Shown here: one piece after another, positions 57,771 to 64,000 of the stretch | Layout: every line of letters starts with the position of its first letter | Position numbering within the stretch: the stretch's first letter is position 1 | From: Eledone cirrhosa | Lineage: Eukaryota | NCBI GenBank assembly: GCA_964016885.1 | Contig: OZ024743.1 | Span: 39,804,001 to 39,868,000, forward strand | Reading direction: 5' to 3' | Length of the DNA stretch: 64,000 bases | Translations under genes and position numbers: made by a program | The notes under the pieces: generated by a model | The model's database searches: none | Told to the model about the DNA's origin: nothing | What the model saw: the letters and a program-made list of their open reading frames with translations, nothing else

Positions 57771-59899
57771 GTATGCACGTATGTGTGTATTTATGTTTGT
57801 ATGCATGCATGTATACATACATGTATGCATGTATGTATCATTTTCGAGGTACCATGATTTCCCCGTTGCTTTACATGAGGAGTGAAAGAAAGACACAATA
57901 ATAGCCGCCTTAACTACTATAAATAACAAACAATTCTCCCTCAAATTACCATTTGTAAAAGAGAAAAGTACACGTTGCACTAAATAGCAAGGTCGGCCTC
58001 CCTGGAATTGGCGTGATATCAGCTCTCACAAATACCGGCCTGATGGACTAAACGACAAGAAAATCAATTAATCTTTGTCGTAAACCTTCCATTATCAAAT
58101 TACTCAATGAGATATATATGCGCATTTATATCGCATACACACTGAAAGATGTCTACTATTTTCTAAAATAGTTTTTCCTTGGTTTTTTTATAAGTAAGCC
58201 TCATATTTCTTCTAATAATTAATTATTATGTCTGAGCAATAAATGACAACACATTTAATAACTATACGGGCAAACTCTGGTTCTACGAAAAAAAAAAACT
58301 AATTTAAATAGTTCTTATTTATGTTAAAAGAAATTATTCTTATAGAATTTTATATAGCAACCAAACATGAATGTTATTATTTTATCTATGGAATAAATAG
58401 TAATTTTAGTAAATCCCTCAAAATGTATCATATATTTCATTAGGAATACAATGACCAAATGATTAAAGCGCAAATATGCATTAATAATATATACCCTATT
58501 CTATTCTGCTTTATATGCCAGGATTAGTGACGTTTTTATAATATTCCATTCAAGTATCACATTTGTAACGGCATAGTGTATTGCGGCCATCAACATCGTT
58601 ATCAAACAAACACATAGCAATTGTTAAACACGGAATCATGTTATCTAAGAGATTTAATATTTTACGTTGATCGTAACTGTCATGTTTAGACAAATTCCCT
58701 AAAAATATCAGCTATCTAGTTGTTTAAAATGAAAAATTCAAAAATTACCGTATATTTTGTCGTAAATATGCGCCCGGTAAATTAATGATATTCTCTACCA
58801 TTTAGCAACGAATTTCATACCAACTATTTCTAAGTTTTGTTTTACATATAACTATTTCTGGAGAAGAAATAGGAATTCCTTCTAATTTGTCACAAAGGTA
58901 TTATTCTGCATTAACCATAAAAATGCCCGTAAGCAGAACTATTTTCTAACATGTTTTGTAGTTGTATCATGGAGAAATCGTTGCAGTGATTTGGTGGTTT
59001 ATTCGCACCAGGCATCACTTTGATGATTTTCTCATACACGCGAGTACTATGCTTTTTAAAACGCTGCCTTACCTCTTCATATCTATATCATTGGATGTTT
59101 AGAGTTTTCATGGGATATAACCGTGTTACCCATTGAACCGCCAACTCTTAGTTTATCGTTATTTGTCCGGAGTTATTTATTCAGCCGACAGAAACCTGCT
59201 TATATCGTAAATAGCCAAACTATTTTCTGGCCGCTTCCTTATTCCAGTTTCGCGACCAGTTCCCTAGCAAAACTAGATTGAACACTCGTTTTTACATAGA
59301 TACATGCGCAATGTACTAAATATGTGAGCTGAATTCTGCTGTAAAATGTGGAGGATTTCAAATAATTCAAATAACCTTAATCCAAAAACCATTTGAAGGT
59401 ACTCCATTTTAGCCGGTTACATTCACTATTGTATTATTTCGGTCATTACACAAGATTCAAGACCATTAATAAAAGATGGCCTGTATAACGAATTGAAGTT
59501 AGTGAATTTGGCTTTTACACCAACCAACACTTACGATGAAGAAATGCGCATTACTGCGCCAATTCCTGTAGATTTTGCACTTTATTCAGCTCGCTACTTT
59601 AAATCACCCTTGGACACAACCTCAAAATACTTGAAGTTCTCCACCTTCTTCATTTGAACTCCGCTCATCTGTAGTGTGGACTGCGCCGGCTTGTGAGAAC
59701 GAGTGTCATAGTTTTAGCACCACTGTATGTCATTCCTGCCGCGAAGCATTTCACATGAAACACATGGTGAGCATATCGGATAATACCTTCTGATGTGTTA
59801 AGTAGGGCAAAGTCACACATTACGGCTGTCCGATCCTACACCTGACAGTCCCGATACCAATTCCAACTCGACTGCGCATATTAGTCATGTCCATGAAGA

Positions 59900-60400
59900 T
59901 TATATATTGTCAGAATTGTGAGTAGGTACCCTTGGCAGAGGCCGACACCAACGGTGAATGTTTGCGATTAGAGATCATTTATTCGAACACAAATATTGGG
60001 ACATTTGTAGAGAGGTATCAAAGCTATAAGAAACTGACCATCGATCACATAATCCTGCAGAACCTTCAAGAAGAAGCCCCATGGAACACGCCATATGCCA
60101 TTTTGAGGTCAACGAAACAAGATTGCGCCTCTTAGCAATACTCCCACGATATCTGAAAGACCTGGTGCTATGTGAAAATGTGTTCGGCTGCGTTGCATCC
60201 AGGCGAAAAGCACAGAACTCATCAGCTAACTTGAACTCTACAATATAACAAAATCTTTTTTTCCAGATTCTTAGAATATACTTTACCAATTAGTCTAATT
60301 GGACCACATTCACTTATACCCTCTTTTAGAAACCGGTGTTATCGCTCAAGAAAGTCATACTTAAGCTGCATTTCCAAACATCCAGAACACTGGAAACATA
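59900..60400 (-). mobile_element. Degenerate RTE-like RT fragment
   Basis: FCAFR...; QVFQISWEY...CFVDLKMAY, resembling CFVDLEKAYD. Confidence 0.55.
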
Positions 60401-60590
60401 CCTATCAGCTGGAGAATACCTTCTCCATTGAAAGGTTTTATCATCTTGCGTTTAATTTTAACTTCCACAGCAGACGTGCTACATTTGAGCCATCTATCTG
60501 AAACTCTCTATCTCCCCGCACTCTCTACCTATCTGTGTATATATATATATATGTATATATATGTATGAAATTTCATATAGAAACACACAC

Positions 60591-60647
<57 letters not shown>

Positions 60648-60767
60648 TTCCTGCAAAACACAAGAACTAATAATATCAATAGAATCAATTTTTAAAAATT
60701 GTAACTAATAATATCAATAGAATCAATTTTTAAAAATTAAACAGCGTATATCTATTGAACTATATAA

Positions 60768-60946
60768 TTGGTTCTACAATAGGCACAAGGCCAGCATTTA
60801 TACCAGTGTATTACTGGTACTTTATTTTATCGACCCCCGTTCGGATGAAAGGCAAAGTTAACCTCGACGGGATTTGAACTCAGACTGGCAAGGGCCGTAA
60901 CTCTATGCGTCAAAGCATGGCGTCCGACCCTCTACTGATACTGCCA
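60768..60946 (-). mobile_element. SINE S1
   Basis: Homology to other S1 copies. Confidence 0.85.
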
Positions 60947-61753
60947 CTATATAATAAAATCAAATTATACATATAGTAATGCATTTACTAGCATATTAGT
61001 AAATTCCTCAAATACATTTTAACAATATATATATTGCAAAATCGGGTAAGAGGTTTAACAATAATAAATTATACGAGAAAAGTTAAGGTATTATCCGTGA
61101 AAGTACATCAAAATTGGATCTATTATATAAAAGTCACATGATTTGGCAGAGTCGTTACTTTTTAGGTATCTGTCTCAATACTTTGTGTTGAGACACACAG
61201 TGGTTCCCTTTGTTTTTCATGATTTTGACGACGATAAATAGGTACCAGCGCTGTGTGGTTGCAGTTGTACATGGATAGAGAGGGCATCAGAGTCTGCTTG
61301 TGCTGCAATGGTACCGATAACATAAGCGAAACCATTGTAGACACTACCTATTCATACAGCTGTTTTGATTCTTTCACGTTTGGCTCTAAAAGGTTATATT
61401 ATATAAGATACACTATGGTAGCTGCTTGCATTCCTATTCGTGTGTTACCACATATTATACATCAGAGATGGTATCTAGTTAATTTTATATTCTATAATAA
61501 TAGTTAAAATATAATTGTCGTATTGTTTGGATCATATTAAATAAATATAAATCATTTCGCGAAATCATTAATAGACGGAATATATGTCATGAAGTTATAC
61601 ACAAATAGCAACTTCTACCAATTACACATAATTATAGTTGATTACATAAATAAATCCCTGTAAAATGTAAAATAAGTTGTTTAATATAAATAGTTACAAT
61701 ATATGGTTTTATATATTATATACATATTATATATATTATCCTTATCGCATTTA

Positions 61754-61809
<56 letters not shown>

Positions 61810-61811
<2 letters not shown>

Positions 61812-63483
61812 GTATAAAAAACAATACAATATAATTACCTCATTACCAGAGGTTTCCCGAATAAGACGAATACGAAAGAAACGTCTTCATTCGTTCGTCG
61901 GACGAGGCCATATAAAACAGAGAAATATTTGGAAAGACTCTTCAAGAAATGCAAAAAAAAATGATATATATATAGATAAAGGTAATACAATAGACATATA
62001 AAATAAAATAATAAAATATAAAATATATTTTTAAAAAAATTAAGAAATGTAGTTAGGTGTGTATATATGTATGTATATACATTCACAGATATACATATGT
62101 AAGTATGTACAAATGTGTGTGTATAGTAAAAATGTGTGCGTAAATATATGTATGAGGGCAAGTATGTCTGAGTTTATGTAACCATAGACACAGACATCAT
62201 ATGATTGTCTGGTTGACAGGTATACAGAAAAACAGGGTATTAGATACATTATAAGAATATGAAGGCACGCGTATAAACACACACACACACGCGCGTACAC
62301 TTATATGCGGAAGAAAAATAGGTAAGGGAGTGTAATAGTAAAAAGAAAGTATCAATCTCGATTTAGATATAAAAATGGAAAAATAATTTAGAAAGAAAAA
62401 ATTGCAAAGTAAATAAAAGAAAAACAAACAAGGTACACGCGTACATACACACATATATCTATAAGAAACATAAATCTATAAAAAAATATATATATACATG
62501 CAATACGTGTAGACAAAAGTGTATGCAAGCGTACATACACACACAGGATGCACATATATATATATACATACACATCGCCCCATGTATATCTAATCACGCG
62601 TGCGTACGCGAACTGTATACACACACACATATACACACACATAAGTATATATATATACATACGCACACATACACATCCATACATGCAGTACGTGCACACA
62701 CACACACACACTCACACACACACATATATACACTCACGCACGGTGACCCGTTCACATGCACACACATAAAAATAAGAAAATAAAAAAAAGAACATAGATG
62801 TAAAAACACAGATATGAAAACACACATACATACACATATATATATGCACGCACGCGCGCGCACATACGGAGGCGTTCGTGTACATATACAGAAAGTATAC
62901 ACACATAAAGACGCTCAGACACATAGACACAGGGTGTAAAAACAGCCTTGTGAATAAGTGAGTACAAATATAAAAATATAAAATTGGCTGCGAAATAATA
63001 TAAAATATCTGGTGTGGAAAACGCAAGTGACCTGTATATTCAAGTAGTGAAGAAAATAGGGAAGTAAAAGGTGGAAAGGGGAGATATTAGGTAAATGAAT
63101 CGGAGAATAAAGGGGGGAGGTAGTGGTGGATGTGAAGTAAAAATATTTGAACCAATCTAAGAATATGCAAGAAGAACAAGAAAATGCACGCTCTGCATAA
63201 ATGAAAAATATTGGATTTTGCAAATCCTTAAATCACCAAAGACCTGCCTTAAACACAAAGACAGAAATTTTCACCAGTTGCCCACACATGAAATCACACC
63301 TGCTTTCCAGCTCATATAAACTTAACACACTTTCAGATACTTATCCTCCATAAGCTCTTATTCTTCACTTAAATTATTCTCTTTAAGACTACCTTTTCTG
63401 ATTTACTTTCATTTTTATTTTTATTTTTATTATTATTTTTATTTTTATTTTTATTTTTATTTTTATTTTTATTTTTATTTTTA

Positions 63484-63514
<31 letters not shown>

Positions 63515-64000
63515 TATAATTTTATTTTTATTTTTATTTTATTTATTTATTTATTTATTTTTTTATTTTTTTTTTTTTTTTACTTTTATTTTTATTTTTT
63601 TTTATTTTTACTTCACATCCACCACTACCACCCCCCTTTATTCTCCGATTCACTTACCTAATATCTCCACTTTCCACCTTTTACTTCCCTATTTTCTTCA
63701 CTACTTGATTATACTTTTATTCACTACTTGCGTTTTCCACTCCAGATATTTTCTGTTATTTTTATATTTGTACTCACTTATTCACAAGGCTGTTTTTACA
63801 CCCTGTATCTATGCGTCTTTGCGTCTTTATGTGTGTATATGTCTGTATATGTACACGCGCGTGCGTGCATATATATATGTGTATGTATGTGTGTTTTTAT
63901 ATCTGTGTTTTTACATCTATGTTCTTTTTTAATATTCTTATTTTTATGTGTGTGCATGTTAGCGGGTCAAATTGCGTGAGTGTATGTATGTATGTGTGTG
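61810..64000. mobile_element. Family K PLE-like 3' region with a large inverted duplication
   Basis: ~62720-63143 is the reverse complement of ~63605-63985; spacer contains (TTTTTA)n; runs off the window end. Confidence 0.65.
61838..61907 (-). ncRNA. Type-I hammerhead, family K, U4C core change
   Basis: Minus strand: cctcgt-CCGACGA-a cgaat g aagacg...cgtctt attcg g-GAAA-cctctgg-TA-atgagg; ~30 nt from (TA)n. Confidence 0.65.

Overview
AT-rich, microsatellite-dense animal DNA, most likely a coleoid cephalopod such as Octopus (inferred from the repeat landscape, not proven). I can support no host gene. The window holds: a frameshifted near-full-length Penelope-like element (PLE; RT plus C-terminal GIY-YIG, Neptune-like, 7049-10960, minus); a second, Naiad-like PLE 3' fragment; RTE and Tx1/L1 LINE fragments; two tRNA-derived SINE families; and a ~1 kb tandem array. 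The main signal is non-coding. About ten sequence-unrelated short repeat families carry minimal type-I hammerhead ribozyme (HHR) motifs (CUGANGA...GAAA...UH closed by stem I, most with a palindromic stem III). Most sit in (TA)n tracts as tandem units or asymmetric head-to-head hairpins with reproducible junctions. Several have core variants (U3-A8 covariation, U4C, non-canonical 10.1/11.1 pairs, ~90-100 nt stem II). All folds were done by eye; coordinates of degenerate elements are approximate.
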